DNA from: Mayamaea pseudoterrestris
Lineage: Eukaryota
Length of the DNA: 64,000 nt
Direction of reading: 5' to 3'
Assembly (NCBI GenBank): GCA_027923505.1
Contig: BROI01000017.1
Coordinates: 372,001 to 436,000 of the forward strand
Translations under genes and position numbers: made by a program
In this document: positions 45,448 through 56,332 of the stretch, piece by piece
Position numbering within the stretch: the first letter of the stretch is position 1
How the letters are laid out: the number at the start of each line of letters is the position of its first letter
Notes under the pieces: generated by a model
The model's database searches: none
What the model saw: only the letters and a program-made list of their open reading frames with translations
What the model was told of the DNA's origin: nothing

Positions 45448-46278
45448 TTACGCCGCAGCCGCACCTCTACTAGTGCACGACAATGGTCCACCACCACTGG
45501 AGCAATCCAGCAGCTGCAGCTGCTGATGAAGCTTTTGTAAGTGTTGACAGCAATGGTTCTGCGCCATTACGGCTGACGGCGTCGTAACTGACGGATCAGC
45601 TTGTTGTTGCTGCCTTTTCAGCAGGGTGGCTTGCACCAAACTGCACGTGGCAACGTAGGCGACGGCCATGATGCAGTGACACTGTGTTACGTTGGCGACG
45701 CGGTTGTCTGCCTCCGCGGCAGCCATGGTTTGCTCGTATCGTTTGGATAGCATGGTTAAACACAGTCGCAATAGTTTTCTAGCAGATGGTGATGACGACT
45801 TGGCGTCTTGACTTTTGCGAACATTGCTGCTGCAAAGGAGCGACGCAGCGTAGTTTTGCAGCGCAATGCAGGAATCAATCTCCAAGTCTCGTTCACCTTG
45901 ATTCTCGCGTCCGTAGTCTTCAATGCGAATCAGAGTGGTTTGCTTCACGCGGATGCTGCCATGGTCGTGAACGAACGCCGAGCTGCAAGCGTCATCAGAC
46001 ACAATGACAAACATGCCAAGTTCTTTGGAGTCTCGTCGCGGCTTGGTCATTCGTTGCATGGCGCGATGAACCGTTTGGTCAACCTTTTTCGCTCCCTCGT
46101 CCGACTGGCCTGACGATGCAATCTTGAGCAAGACAATCACGTCACGAAAGGTTGCCTTGGCTTGACTGTGGCATCCCTTCTCCATCAAGGAGCATCCAAT
46201 GTTGTTGAGCGCGACTGCGCCTCTGTAAGCATGGTTCATCATGATTAGTATATGGTAGGTTTGAGCTATTGACTGCAC
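45448..46278 (-). CDS. Hypothetical helical (TPR-like) protein
   Basis: AVALNNIGCSLMEKG...AKATFRD and IALQNYA motifs in a 276-aa ORF. Confidence 0.55.
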   Translation of the reverse strand: MQSIAQTYHILIMMNHAYRGAVALNNIGCSLMEKGCHSQAKATFRDVIVLLKIASSGQSDEGAKKVDQTVHRAMQRMTKPRRDSKELGMFVIVSDDACSSAFVHDHGSIRVKQTTLIRIEDYGRENQGERDLEIDSCIALQNYAASLLCSSNVRKSQDAKSSSPSARKLLRLCLTMLSKRYEQTMAAAEADNRVANVTQCHCIMAVAYVATCSLVQATLLKRQQQQADPSVTTPSAVMAQNHCCQHLQKLHQQLQLLDCSSGGGPLSCTSRGAAAA

Positions 46279-46625
46279 GAATTAAAATTGTGAGAGGAGA
46301 GAAGAAGATGCTTGTCGACAAACGCTCGAGCGATTAGTCCGCATGCAAACGTGACTTCGTTTTCTCGGACTTTCGTTTTCCGTTCTTCGCATCATATGGC
46401 AGATGTTTTGTGTGTCAATGGCAAATAAAGTACGTTTTCCTACAACCTGACGCACAGTGACGCTTTGGAAAGTACGTGAGTGATCTTGGTCTGACTCGAC
46501 CAGATTTTTACTCACCGTTTGCCAAGCTATAAGCAGGTTGAAGTACAGTAAAGAGTCCGACCATGGCGATAGGTAAACGTACTCGGAAAGGCACAGCATG
46601 CAATCGGAGTAATTGTGGTTCACAG

Positions 46626-47077
46626 TGAAGTACCTATCGTAGGATGATATGTAAATGGAAATTATGATGGTATTTTAAAAGACTGCAATTGAAGATTGCC
46701 TCCATGGCGAGCCATCGCTTTAAAAGAGCGAGGATCGCAGATGTCGCAACAGGATCGCCCATCTTCGCTAATACCCGACGGGCGTGTCCGTTGACTGTCC
46801 GGCTCGCCGTTGAGGCTGGGCCGGTGCATGTGAATCGTGTCAGATAGCACATGAAGTACCTATCGTAGGATGATATGTAAATGGAAATTATGATGGTATT
46901 TTAAAAGACTGCAATTGAAGATTGCCTCCATGGCGAGCCATCGCTTTAAAAGAGCGAGGATCGCAGATGTCGCAACAGGATCGCCCATCTTCGCTAATAC
47001 CCGACGGGCGTGTCCGTTGACTGTCCGGCTCGCCGTTGAGGCTGGGCCGGTGCATGTGAATCGTGTCAGATAGCACA
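46626..47077 (-). repeat. Two identical 226-bp LTRs head-to-tail
   Basis: Direct junction ...TAGCACA|TGAAGTA... with no spacer. Confidence 0.95.
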
Positions 47078-47222
47078 CTCTCCCACACTAAGAGCGACCA
47101 TGAGGGTAGCTGGGGTAAAATGTCTTCCTTCTTGTTTATAAAGTAGCAGCGGCCTTCCTGTCGCACAGGGTGCCGTAATTTAGCTCGATCTTGATGAATC
47201 GAACAAGGGAGCTGCGCAAACC

Positions 47223-50200
47223 TTAAGCGTCTTGCCGATACGGCTTGATACGCCGAATATTAACTCGGTCAGTCACCATAGGCGAGAGGCGAATGGTAAC
47301 CGTTCCATTAACGTGGACTTGTTCAATTGAATAAGGACCGATCCATCGTTCTTCGAGCTTGTTAGGGTCGTATACCTTCTTGAGGATCTGCTCGTCAACT
47401 TTAAAGTCATGAGTCAGTCTCGAACGGTTCGCTTGGAGCAAACGTTCATTGACAATCGCTTCTCGTTTAACAGAGATAGCTAGAATGTCGGCAACCAAAG
47501 GTATATCCAGAAACATGTCGCGTTGAAAGACGACGGCGCCGGGAGAAAGGTTATCAAGAGCTCCACTTGATACAACTCGTGTTGCATGCATTGCTGTCGC
47601 GAGGCATTGATCGATTATATCGTCAGCTTCCATCAAATCCTCGGGCGGATGAGCGTGTACAAGTGTACGAAGCACGTTGCCAATAACGAGGTGACAGCGC
47701 TCGCAAATGCTGTTAGCAGTGGGCGTCTTGGGCGAAGCGGCATGCCATTCAATCCCATTGTGTTCAAGGATGGTTCCAAATGCTCCTTTAAACTCACTGC
47801 CTTGGTCGGCAACGAGTCGCATTGGTCGAGGATAGCGAGAGAGCCAGTTGTCTTCAAAGAGACGGCCGATATGATACGCCGACTTGTCCTGATAGCGAAC
47901 AATTTCGACAAGGTTAGTAACTGGGTCAATCATCGTTAACGCTCTGAAATAACAGTCAATGCCGTTCACTGATACTTTCCATGGGCCGATGAGGTCAACG
48001 TGGACTTCATACCAAGGAGCGACGCGCACGTCTCTCGCTGGCAGCTCTCCATATTGGCGACTGCCTCCTTTGTTGCGTTGGCAAGTATCGCAAGCACCAA
48101 CAAGATGCTCGACGCGCTGCTTGAGCTTAGGATGGTAAAAGTGCTGTTTGATGCTCGTTGTGAGGCGAGTCATTCCAGCGTGGGCCATTGAGAGGTGGTA
48201 CCAAAGAATCAAGCGATCGAGGATCGCACTGGGGATGCAGATTCGCCAGCGTTCGTCTGCTTGGAATACAACAATCTGAACGTCTCCAAGTTGTTTGTAT
48301 TGTATTGTTGTCGCGTCTTGGTTTTGGACTGCGGCCATTAGCGTTGCATCTTCTTGTTGATACTCGGCAATGGTTGAATACGACAGGGGATATCGCCCTT
48401 GTTCGTCGAACTCCGGATGGAGGAGCAGGCACTCTGCAAGCTCTGGTTCGTCCCGTAGGAGACAGTAACCTTCATTAGCAATTGATAGCTCTTCAATTTG
48501 CCTTTCCCCATGGTCGTTTGTTGTTGATTCAATTGAATGTGCAAGAACGCCGCCATCGTGATGGCCATCGTTGACACCGTGTAAGTTGTCATCGTGATGG
48601 GTATGTCGCATGGGCACTGCTGCCTCTTGCGCTTCCTTTTGTCGGGCATCCTGTTGTTGCTTTAAAACATCAACAGGGCTCTCCCCCACGAGAGAGGTTT
48701 CCCTTGCCGTTGGAACCCTTGAAAGAGCATCTGCGACAGTATTAAGCTCCCCTTTGAGGTAAAGGAACTCGGGTCCGAATTCCTCCAAGTACAGACGCCA
48801 TCGAAGGACGCGCTGCGTTTGAAAGGCGGTCAATTCGTGGGTGAGATTTTTATGGTCCGTATGGATTTGCAAACGCGCACCAAGCAGCATCGAACGAAAC
48901 GTTTTGAGCGTTTCAACAATACTTAGCAATTCCTTTTCAATGGTTGTGTAATTGACTTGGGCGCTGTTGAGTTTGCGCGAGAAATAGGCGACCGGAACGC
49001 CATCTTGAAGGATGACGGCGCCAAGTTGATAATCAGACGCATCCGTTTTAATAACGAATGGTTTGTTATGATCAGGATAGCGAAGAAGAACATCGCTTGC
49101 TGCAACTGCTTTCATTTCCTCGAATGCTTTTTGTTGAGGCGCACCCCATTGAAAAGACTTTTTGCCGACGAGATTCGTCAAAGGAGCAAGCATGTGCGAC
49201 CGACGAGGCCACATGGTTCGATAGTAAGTTACAAGACCAAGGAATGAGCGCAACTGCTTGAGATTAGTAGGAGGCTTCATATCCACAATTGCTTGGACTT
49301 TCTTGGGCCAGGGTTTGAGTCCTGTCGGCGTGAGCCAGTACCCAAGCCAGTCGGTTTCCTTGACGCCCCATTCGCACTTGCTTGGATTGATTGTGAAGCC
49401 GCTATCCTCGAGACGCTTTAAAACTGCCTCTAAGAGAGTTAAATGCTCCTTCCAAGTGTCGCTAAAGCAACCGACGTCGTCAAGGTACTTTTCAACGTCG
49501 CGCAATCCTTGTAAAACTTTCTCCATCACCTCTTGAGCAATATCGGGGCTTGATTGACGCCCGCCATTGGCAAGCGCAAGTAACGAAATAAACCGAACGG
49601 CGTTGCAATCGTACAGAGCTCTGCTGCTTTCCTTGTCCAACTGGAAGGTGTAATACTGCATTGAAATATCAAGCTTTGTGAAGAACTTGTACCCGCTGCG
49701 CCTCGCCAGTAGCTCATGGATACGCGGCATTGGGAACGTGCGCCTTTTAATCACTTTATTCAACGCCCGAAAGTCAGAAACAAAGCGTACAGTCTTGTCT
49801 TTCTTTGGTATAATAAAGGTGGGCGCCGCCCATTCGCTGCGGCCGCAAGGCTCAAGTACACCGAGTTCGACGAGTCGATCAAGCTCTTCCTTGAAGGTTT
49901 GCTCATGCACTCGAGGCACTGGATAGTGTCTTTTATGGACTGGTTTAGCTTGTGGATCAATGTCAATGTGGACTAGCTCGTTTGGATATTTGCCAAGCTT
50001 GCCTGAAAAGAGAGCGGGAAAGCGTCGTAAGAGACGTTTTAAATCGGTACGTTGCTCCTCATTTAAATGAGTTGATTGATCGGCAACCTCGTCTGTCGAC
50101 ACTTTGTTATACTTAGCTGATAAAATCTCCTCGCTTGTATGCAGATCTGGTTCAGTATCAGAGAATAGAACAAACCGCTCAATCAAAGAGTCTCTGATTT

Positions 50201-50708
50201 GTTTTGGCCGATTGCTCAAATCCTCCATCGTCACCATTGGAGTCGATTGATTACCCCAATTGATTTGCTTGTCCCCAAAATCAATGGTCAATCCGAGCGC
50301 CGTTAAGACGTCTCGCCCCAGCAGCATGTCATACCTTATATCCTGCTGGAAGACTCGCACTGGAAAGGCGCCGATCCTTTTTGAAGTACTAAACTCGGGA
50401 AGGAACGACTCGGCAAAATCAATCTTGGTAGAGCTCTCCAATTTGCCAACTGCAGTCTGTGATACTAAACGTGGCGCTTTGCACTGAGGCAATCCATGTG
50501 CCGCTCTTTGGCTAATCCAACTTGTCGAGGCTCCTGAGTCGCAAAGGGCGGTAAGCGTGCGTTTGCAACGACTGCCATTAGCTTTACCAACGACAATAAG
50601 TACAACAGGAATGTAATCCGTAACTTTGTCGCTAGTAGCTTGATTAACTTCGTCCGCTACAAGAGCGTCTTCCGTCGCACTGGCTGCCGCTGAGACCGCC
50701 GCCGTATC
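47223..50708 (-). CDS. Gypsy pol (protease, RT, RNase H, integrase); compensating indels in RT at about 49545-49625
   Basis: ALCDSGAS protease upstream of the annotated ORF start, in the same frame; WAAPTF, KLDISMQYY, YLDD; TDASDYQLGA; H..AHAG...CDTC; VDLIGP, DQGSEF, CERCH; GPY. Confidence 0.93.
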   Translation of the reverse strand, partial: DTAAVSAAASATEDALVADEVNQATSDKVTDYIPVVLIVVGKANGSRCKRTLTALCDSGASTSWISQRAAHGLPQCKAPRLVSQTAVGKLESSTKIDFAESFLPEFSTSKRIGAFPVRVFQQDIRYDMLLGRDVLTALGLTIDFGDKQINWGNQSTPMVTMEDLSNRPKQIRDSLIERFVLFSDTEPDLHTSEEILSAKYNKVSTDEVADQSTHLNEEQRTDLKRLLRRFPALFSGKLGKYPNELVHIDIDPQAKPVHKRHYPVPRVHEQTFKEELDRLVELGVLEPCGRSEWAAPTFIIPKKDKTVRFVSDFRALNKVIKRRTFPMPRIHELLARRSGYKFFTKLDISMQYYTFQLDKESSRALYDCNAVRFISLLALANGGRQSSPDIAQEVMEKVLQGLRDVEKYLDDVGCFSDTWKEHLTLLEAVLKRLEDSGFTINPSKCEWGVKETDWLGYWLTPTGLKPWPKKVQAIVDMKPPTNLKQLRSFLGLVTYYRTMWPRRSHMLAPLTNLVGKKSFQWGAPQQKAFEEMKAVAASDVLLRYPDHNKPFVIKTDASDYQLGAVILQDGVPVAYFSRKLNSAQVNYTTIEKELLSIVETLKTFRSMLLGARLQIHTDHKNLTHELTAFQTQRVLRWRLYLEEFGPEFLYLKGELNTVADALSRVPTARETSLVGESPVDVLKQQQDARQKEAQEAAVPMRHTHHDDNLHGVNDGHHDGGVLAHSIESTTNDHGERQIEELSIANEGYCLLRDEPELAECLLLHPEFDEQGRYPLSYSTIAEYQQEDATLMAAVQNQDATTIQYKQLGDVQIVVFQADERWRICIPSAILDRLILWYHLSMAHAGMTRLTTSIKQHFYHPKLKQRVEHLVGACDTCQRNKGGSRQYGELPARDVRVAPWYEVHVDLIGPWKVSVNGIDCYFRALTMIDPVTNLVEIVRYQDKSAYHIGRLFEDNWLSRYPRPMRLVADQGSEFKGAFGTILEHNGIEWHAASPKTPTANSICERCHLVIGNVLRTLVHAHPPEDLMEADDIIDQCLATAMHATRVVSSGALDNLSPGAVVFQRDMFLDIPLVADILAISVKREAIVNERLLQANRSRLTHDFKVDEQILKKVYDPNKLEERWIGPYSIEQVHVNGTVTIRLSPMVTDRVNIRRIKPYRQDA

Positions 50709-51806
50709 TCATTCTTCAAAGACCGCTCCAATTGCTTGATCCCAATCAACCTCCGACTCGCTGTCTTGCACTTGCGCTGGCGCTGGTTCCTCTGCTGTAA
50801 CATCCACTATCATGTGCTGGTCTCCGTCAGACTCTTGAGCAGCTCCGCCTCCATTGTTGCCGCCTCCATTGTTGTTTTTCTTTTTCAATTTCGACTTGTC
50901 GAGTTTGAAACCCGGCTTGTAGCGCGGGCCCTTGGGGTTGCCGAAACACTGCTCCCAAGTGTGGCCGCCATGGTATTTGCACACGTTGGCATCGTTGTTT
51001 GCTTTATGCTTTTTCTTTTGGTTACCGTTCCCATGGTCGTTGCCTTGGCCGCCATTGCCACCGTTGCGACGAGAGCGTTTACCGCTCCGACGGCTGCCGC
51101 CATTGTCGTTCGAGTCGACTGGAGTCCTGTTGCTTGCCTTTAAGTTGATCATGTTATCCAACCATCTTGCAAACTGAATCAAAGAGAGGTCAGCCAAACG
51201 ACTCGTTAAAGATTGTTCCTCGAACTTGCCTTGCAGCCAAGTAGGGACCATCGCGAGCAGGAGATCTTTGATGTCCTCGTCCGTATACTGGACCGCCGTT
51301 GGGTAAACCGCCTCGTCTTCTTGCGGCATATAAGCCATCAACTTGAACATGTTGCGCAGTAGACTGATCGATTGAGTAACCGTGTATCCATCTGGCAACT
51401 TGAGGTTCTTGAGGTACTCTTTTTGTCGACGCAAATCGTCGTCGACGACCATGAGCTCAGAAAGAAAAGCCTTGAGCGACTGGTTCCACGCTGCGATGGT
51501 ATCGTCTGGTAGAACTGATTGATCCCAAGTATCACGAGGCGCTCCAAGGAGACAGAGTCGAAAGGATTCCTTGCGAACCCGCATACGATGAGCCGCTGCT
51601 CCATCGAAGGCGAGTTGCTCCATCGCTCCAATTACCTCCCCGATGACACGAAGGACGGTCACGACGTCTTCATCACTAGCAATCTGTATCTTGCGCTTGT
51701 GCTTGGATCCATCTTGCTTGGTGAACGTGAGATCTTGTTTCGGTAGCGACTCAAACTTGACGCGAGGCACCAAAGGGATCTTGACGTCGACTCCTCTAAT
51801 CAACAT
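50709..51806 (-). CDS. Gypsy gag
   Basis: 365 aa just downstream of the 5' LTR; CKYHGGHTWEQC zinc knuckle; basic/Gly-rich tracts. Confidence 0.85.
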   Translation of the reverse strand: MLIRGVDVKIPLVPRVKFESLPKQDLTFTKQDGSKHKRKIQIASDEDVVTVLRVIGEVIGAMEQLAFDGAAAHRMRVRKESFRLCLLGAPRDTWDQSVLPDDTIAAWNQSLKAFLSELMVVDDDLRRQKEYLKNLKLPDGYTVTQSISLLRNMFKLMAYMPQEDEAVYPTAVQYTDEDIKDLLLAMVPTWLQGKFEEQSLTSRLADLSLIQFARWLDNMINLKASNRTPVDSNDNGGSRRSGKRSRRNGGNGGQGNDHGNGNQKKKHKANNDANVCKYHGGHTWEQCFGNPKGPRYKPGFKLDKSKLKKKNNNGGGNNGGGAAQESDGDQHMIVDVTAEEPAPAQVQDSESEVDWDQAIGAVFEE

Positions 51807-51855
51807 GTTGTTTGTTTCCGTTTTCGATAGACAGTTGTCTATTTTGAATTCAAAG

Positions 51856-52081
51856 TGAAGTACCTATCGTAGGATGATATGTAAATGGAAATTATGATGG
51901 TATTTTAAAAGACTGCAATTGAAGATTGCCTCCATGGCGAGCCATCGCTTTAAAAGAGCGAGGATCGCAGATGTCGCAACAGGATCACCCATCTTCGCTA
52001 ATACCCGACGGGCGTGTCCGTTGACTGTCCGGCTCGCCGTTGAGGACGGGCCGGTGCATGTGAATCGTGTCAGATAGCACA
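51856..52081 (-). repeat. 5' LTR (226 bp)
   Basis: Differs from the two 3' copies by 3 substitutions. Confidence 0.95.
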
Positions 52082-52431
52082 GACGCACTCTCGAAAAAGT
52101 TCCAGTCGTGCTCTGTATCAATGTGAGCGTATCATTATTGACGTGGTATGCGGAGTAATTAGTAGCTAAACTGACGTTTCTTGGCGTGACTTCTCTTCCA
52201 GACGCCGATATCGCGCAAGCACACGCAGTTGCGAGAGGGGTGTTGCAATGAGCATGCAGATTTATTCGAGGAGATATTGGCGGAGTATGATGTGCAACCG
52301 TGACTATCAGGTATCTCTAGCTTGACGACTACTGGAGTACCGGTACTGCATTGACATGAAAAAAGTAACAGACCGGGCTATCGGGCTGCCTGCGGGCTAC
52401 CTGTGCTGGCTACCTGTGCATCGACTTCAAA

Positions 52432-53961
52432 TTAGTCGAGACATACTTTGGCCTTGCCAATCTTCCATGTCCGCGAGTCTTCGCCATGTGGCATTCTCAT
52501 TTGTTCCGTCAAAGACTTGTCGCTTGGCGCCGAAAGGTGGCTCAAGCTGTGGTAGGTGGATGAATGTGCCGTCACAAGCCAGGCAAAAAGCATAATGGAG
52601 CTCGATTGCATGAGTGCAGTTCCAATGGAAATGGTTGGATGCCGGACGTGGTATGGCATAAATATATTGACTCCCATGGTCAAAAGTGGGAGAGACTGAA
52701 ACCATATAAAGCCCAAGATTCCCAATTTTTTGTAGAAGGCCCGCAGCTGCTTGGCCTTGCACCGTATTCTTGTTTGAATTGTTGTTAAAGCAAAGAGAAA
52801 CCCCAAGATAACTCGCATTCCCATGAGAGTCCTGCCCGGCCAATGTTCAAACTGATGGTAACTATTGAAATCTTCGTTAAACGTTCTTCCAAGCTGCGCC
52901 AGTACAATGTGAGCAACCGTGATGAAGATCGCGAGCAATCCGGCTGCATTAAAGTGCCGCAGATTCGCCATGGGGCGACCCATTTCGCGCAGCAGCCGTT
53001 GAAAGTGATTGGCAGTGGCAGCGTTCACTGCAATGACATCACTCGGCAGCGTCCACCCCGATGCAATGCTCAGCAGCAAAATGACAAGCATCGAGTCGCA
53101 AATAGCTTCGGCATGCGCCGACATGGCATCAATAAAGTACGAGCCGACGCCATTGGCCTTGTATATTTGAAGATGCATGATTTCAAAAAAGCTGCTGCAG
53201 GCATCCAGTCCAGCGGATGCCGCCACCCACAAGACGGCCGCGTGAATCGACTGATTCTTGCCAGCCGTGGCCGACAGGACGATGAGAAACAGCAGCAAGG
53301 CTGCGACGCCGCCAGAAACGAGCAAACAAACCGTATGTAGTGTTGTCATGTCATGTTCGTCGGCCGAAAGATGGCTCAAGTCTTGTCCGGAGCTACTCAA
53401 GTGATTGAATAAAAGCAAATCGTAGTGCATGAGTGGTACTTTATTGTCTTGAAAGTATTCCTCGAGTGAGCAGTCGTCCAAGACAAAGTACCAGTAGTGC
53501 GATCGCGGTTTGGCGCCGTCGTCTGGCGAATTGAACAGCATGACATTGACAGTCGCCTTGTACTTGTCGTCCTCCAAATCCTTGACAAAGCTAACATTCT
53601 GCGTAATCTTTGCATGCTTGATGCGATCCATGCAGGTGGTGGCTTGCAAATACGCTGGCCATTCCACGTCGCGATACAAGCGAAACTTGAGGTGCGACTC
53701 GTCCTCGTACATGCCGTGCGATACAAGGTGTAGCTTGACCCGACCACCCGATGGCATGACGGAAAATGTGGATAAGACATACTCGGACTTCAGACCCGAC
53801 AAACGAAAGTCGCCTGATATCGCCTTGCTTTCAGCTAATTGTATTTGTAAAAGTAAGAGAAGCAGAAGATACAGTGCGCATCCGCGCCGCCGAAGCATTG
53901 CAAATTGATTTGCCGCATCATTTCGCATGACGACTTTTTCGCTACCTGATAAGAAAGACAA
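52432..53961 (-). CDS. GPR180/TMEM145-like 7-TM protein
   Basis: Signal peptide; RSHYWYFVLDDC, HLSADE, HLQIYKANGVG, LLSIASGWTL, YHQFEHWPG; seven hydrophobic segments. Confidence 0.85.
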   Translation of the reverse strand: MSFLSGSEKVVMRNDAANQFAMLRRRGCALYLLLLLLLQIQLAESKAISGDFRLSGLKSEYVLSTFSVMPSGGRVKLHLVSHGMYEDESHLKFRLYRDVEWPAYLQATTCMDRIKHAKITQNVSFVKDLEDDKYKATVNVMLFNSPDDGAKPRSHYWYFVLDDCSLEEYFQDNKVPLMHYDLLLFNHLSSSGQDLSHLSADEHDMTTLHTVCLLVSGGVAALLLFLIVLSATAGKNQSIHAAVLWVAASAGLDACSSFFEIMHLQIYKANGVGSYFIDAMSAHAEAICDSMLVILLLSIASGWTLPSDVIAVNAATANHFQRLLREMGRPMANLRHFNAAGLLAIFITVAHIVLAQLGRTFNEDFNSYHQFEHWPGRTLMGMRVILGFLFALTTIQTRIRCKAKQLRAFYKKLGILGFIWFQSLPLLTMGVNIFMPYHVRHPTISIGTALMQSSSIMLFAWLVTAHSSTYHSLSHLSAPSDKSLTEQMRMPHGEDSRTWKIGKAKVCLD

Positions 53962-54200
53962 CCAAAATGGGTCGCTTTGGATATATGTTTCTATGAATTG
54001 CAGCAGGAACAGGGTTGAAGAAGATGCAAAGGCTCGTCATGGTCGAACGCGCCACCGCGAGTTTCAGTCGTGTCCCTTTGCGACACAGACTACCTCGAGC
54101 AACGTGTGTGTGCTTTCGCATTCAAGTACCTACGGTAGTAGAATAGAATGTGCGCCTTGCCATGCAAAAACAATTGGTTATTATAAAATAGGCTAGTTTG

Positions 54201-56332
54201 CTATATACTACTGCCATCTGATACATCGCCTCGCGTCGGAGTGCTTGGATTTGATGCATCTGCAGTGCGCGGGGTGTCAGTGCTGCCGCCGTTACTTTCG
54301 GCGTCCTGGTCGTCCTTGGATGGCGTTTCAATCATTGATGGAATCCAGTCTTGTCGAGGCTGATCCTTTGATGACGTTGCTTTTGTGACGCGCCTCGTGG
54401 CGGCCTTGCTAAGTTGGCGGCGTCGGAGGCGGTAAATGAGGTAGAGTGCGACGAGGAACAATATCCCGACAACGCCCCAAACAATGCCGATGACTGGATT
54501 CGTTTTCGATTTTTCCGACGACGAAATATCTTCGGTTATTGAAAGTGGTCCGGTTGAGTTAAAGAGACTGGTCGTGTTCATCGGATACGTATTCGATGCC
54601 GTTTGTCGCTCCAACGTGGATACGCCGCAGTTTGATTTTTGTATTCCATCCTCAATGTACATGCTGACGACGGCGTAATCCAACGAACCAGTCATTTGAT
54701 CACAAACCTCAATGACGAGGGTATCATAGCCCGAGAAATTGGGGTAAAAGTAGGATTGTCCCTTGGCTAGCGCCGCGACAAAGTTTGACAGCTCCAAGTC
54801 GCCCGTGCTTTCGGCAATGACCACTCGGTCCTTGTAGGCGCTTGGCGTGTCAACATTGTATCCCTTGGCTCGGTTGTAATGCATGTACAAGTTACCTGCT
54901 CGCATCAAAACGACATCGTTTGTTTGCATTTCAGAGTCTCCATAATCGACAAAGCTCACAAGGTTGCCAACAATTGGTCCATTCTCTGGATACACCTCCT
55001 CGGCGCGGTCGGTGAACCATCCTGATACCCAGTGTTTGTGTGCGTTAAAGGCCTTGATCGGATATCCAAATTCACTGAAAAATCATAAACAGGTGGCGTG
55101 TTAGCTATTGTTCCGGCAAAAATATGAAGTCATATATGAATTGCTCGCGTGACTTACTTGATTGCGTATCCCTGTAAAATCAAGTTGGGTCAATGCAATT
55201 TTTAGTGTGAGCTGGCTCTGCAGTTTAATGTGTAAAAACACAACTCAAGAGGTACGAACCATGTATCCGGACTCATCAGCGTATTCATTGCCTGCGTAAC
55301 CCGAGTGTCGAAAGCCCAAGCTATGACCAAGCTCATGCATGACGACGCTGAGCTTGGTACATCGTGACTGCTGGTAGTAGCTGTACTGTTGGATAGATAA
55401 GTGCGCAAAGCAGGTTGTTAGCGTTAATAGACAGAGCCTTATACGGAAGACGACTCATCGCGACTTACTGGCTCGAACAAATTTGTAAAGGCAGTCCATG
55501 AATCTTTTCCATTCAGCAAACTGTCGTTGGGTAGGCAAAAGATGAAATGCTCGGCAACCTCGCTCAAGTCCATTCCCAACGCTGCTCGAGTCGCAGCAAG
55601 TATTTCCGATGTTAGGTCGCGTTGAATCTCCTTACCAGAGACAGTTTCGTTCAACTGCACTTGTATAATGCCATTCGAAATGCCATTTCCTACTGCTTGA
55701 ATCAACTGTAGTTGCCCGTGCGAAACTGCTTCATACTGCTCCACAACAGTCACTGACGGCTGCGACAAGGTTGAGGCATCCCAGTTGGTCCCAAAAATGG
55801 CGCGACCAATCTCTTCGGTTGTTTCGTTTGGTTCCTCTCCCGAGGACGACGTGACGCGAACCGTCAAGACACGCTTCGTGCCAACAGTGTAATCCTTGTG
55901 CGACTGGAGCTTGCGCCTCCTAGAATCAGGTTTTAACAAGACGTCTTGTGGAACGACGAGCAATCTGCCTTCTTGATACTTGCTAGGAACGCAAAAGTTG
56001 GCTGCTCCTGACTGAATTAACGCCTCATACTGGTTTAGTGTAGGTTGCGAAAGGGATATCGAAAGCGAGTCTCGAAAGCCCAGTGGATTGTCATAGTGGC
56101 AGGCATATTGGGCGCCGTCGGCGCCTTCCGTGCCAGGTACGTCAAAGATGGCTTCCACTTCAGTAATGTGACAGGCGATGCAATCGTCGTCCTCATTCTG
56201 AATTTGATTTGTGCCTCGTAGGCTGATTGTGCTTGACATTGTCATATTTGAAAGGTTGGAGGGTGCAGGTTGCAGTGGCACTCGTCTAACAAGCTTCAAT
56301 GATGACGGTAGTAGAACCGTAGATAACAACAA
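54201..56332 (-). CDS. M11 (gametolysin-like) metallopeptidase with C-terminal TM, multi-exon; start uncertain
   Basis: Small exon at about 55259-55390 reads VVMHELGHSLGFRHSG..NEYADESGYM (HExGHxxGxxH plus Met-turn); FNAHKHWVSGWF; LYMHYNRAKGYN; TM IVWGVVGILFLVALYLIY. Confidence 0.85.

Larger units (their letters stand above)
46626..52081 (-). mobile_element. Ty3/gypsy LTR retrotransposon with a tandemly doubled 3' LTR
   Basis: 226-bp TG...CA LTRs at 46626-46851, 46852-47077 and 51856-52081; purine-rich tract AGTGTGGGAGAG before the 3' LTR; gag, then PR-RT-RH-IN order. Confidence 0.95.

Noticed and set aside
46634..47166. Repeated 62-92 aa ORFs (MCYLTRFTCTGP...), also at 51864-52121
   Set aside because: They are incidental frames within the LTR copies.
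28037..51806. Genome-wide TGA reassignment as the explanation for the in-frame stops
   Set aside because: Host genes end normally in TGA (e.g. 9146, 15135), Trp is encoded by TGG throughout, and long host ORFs have no internal TGA.
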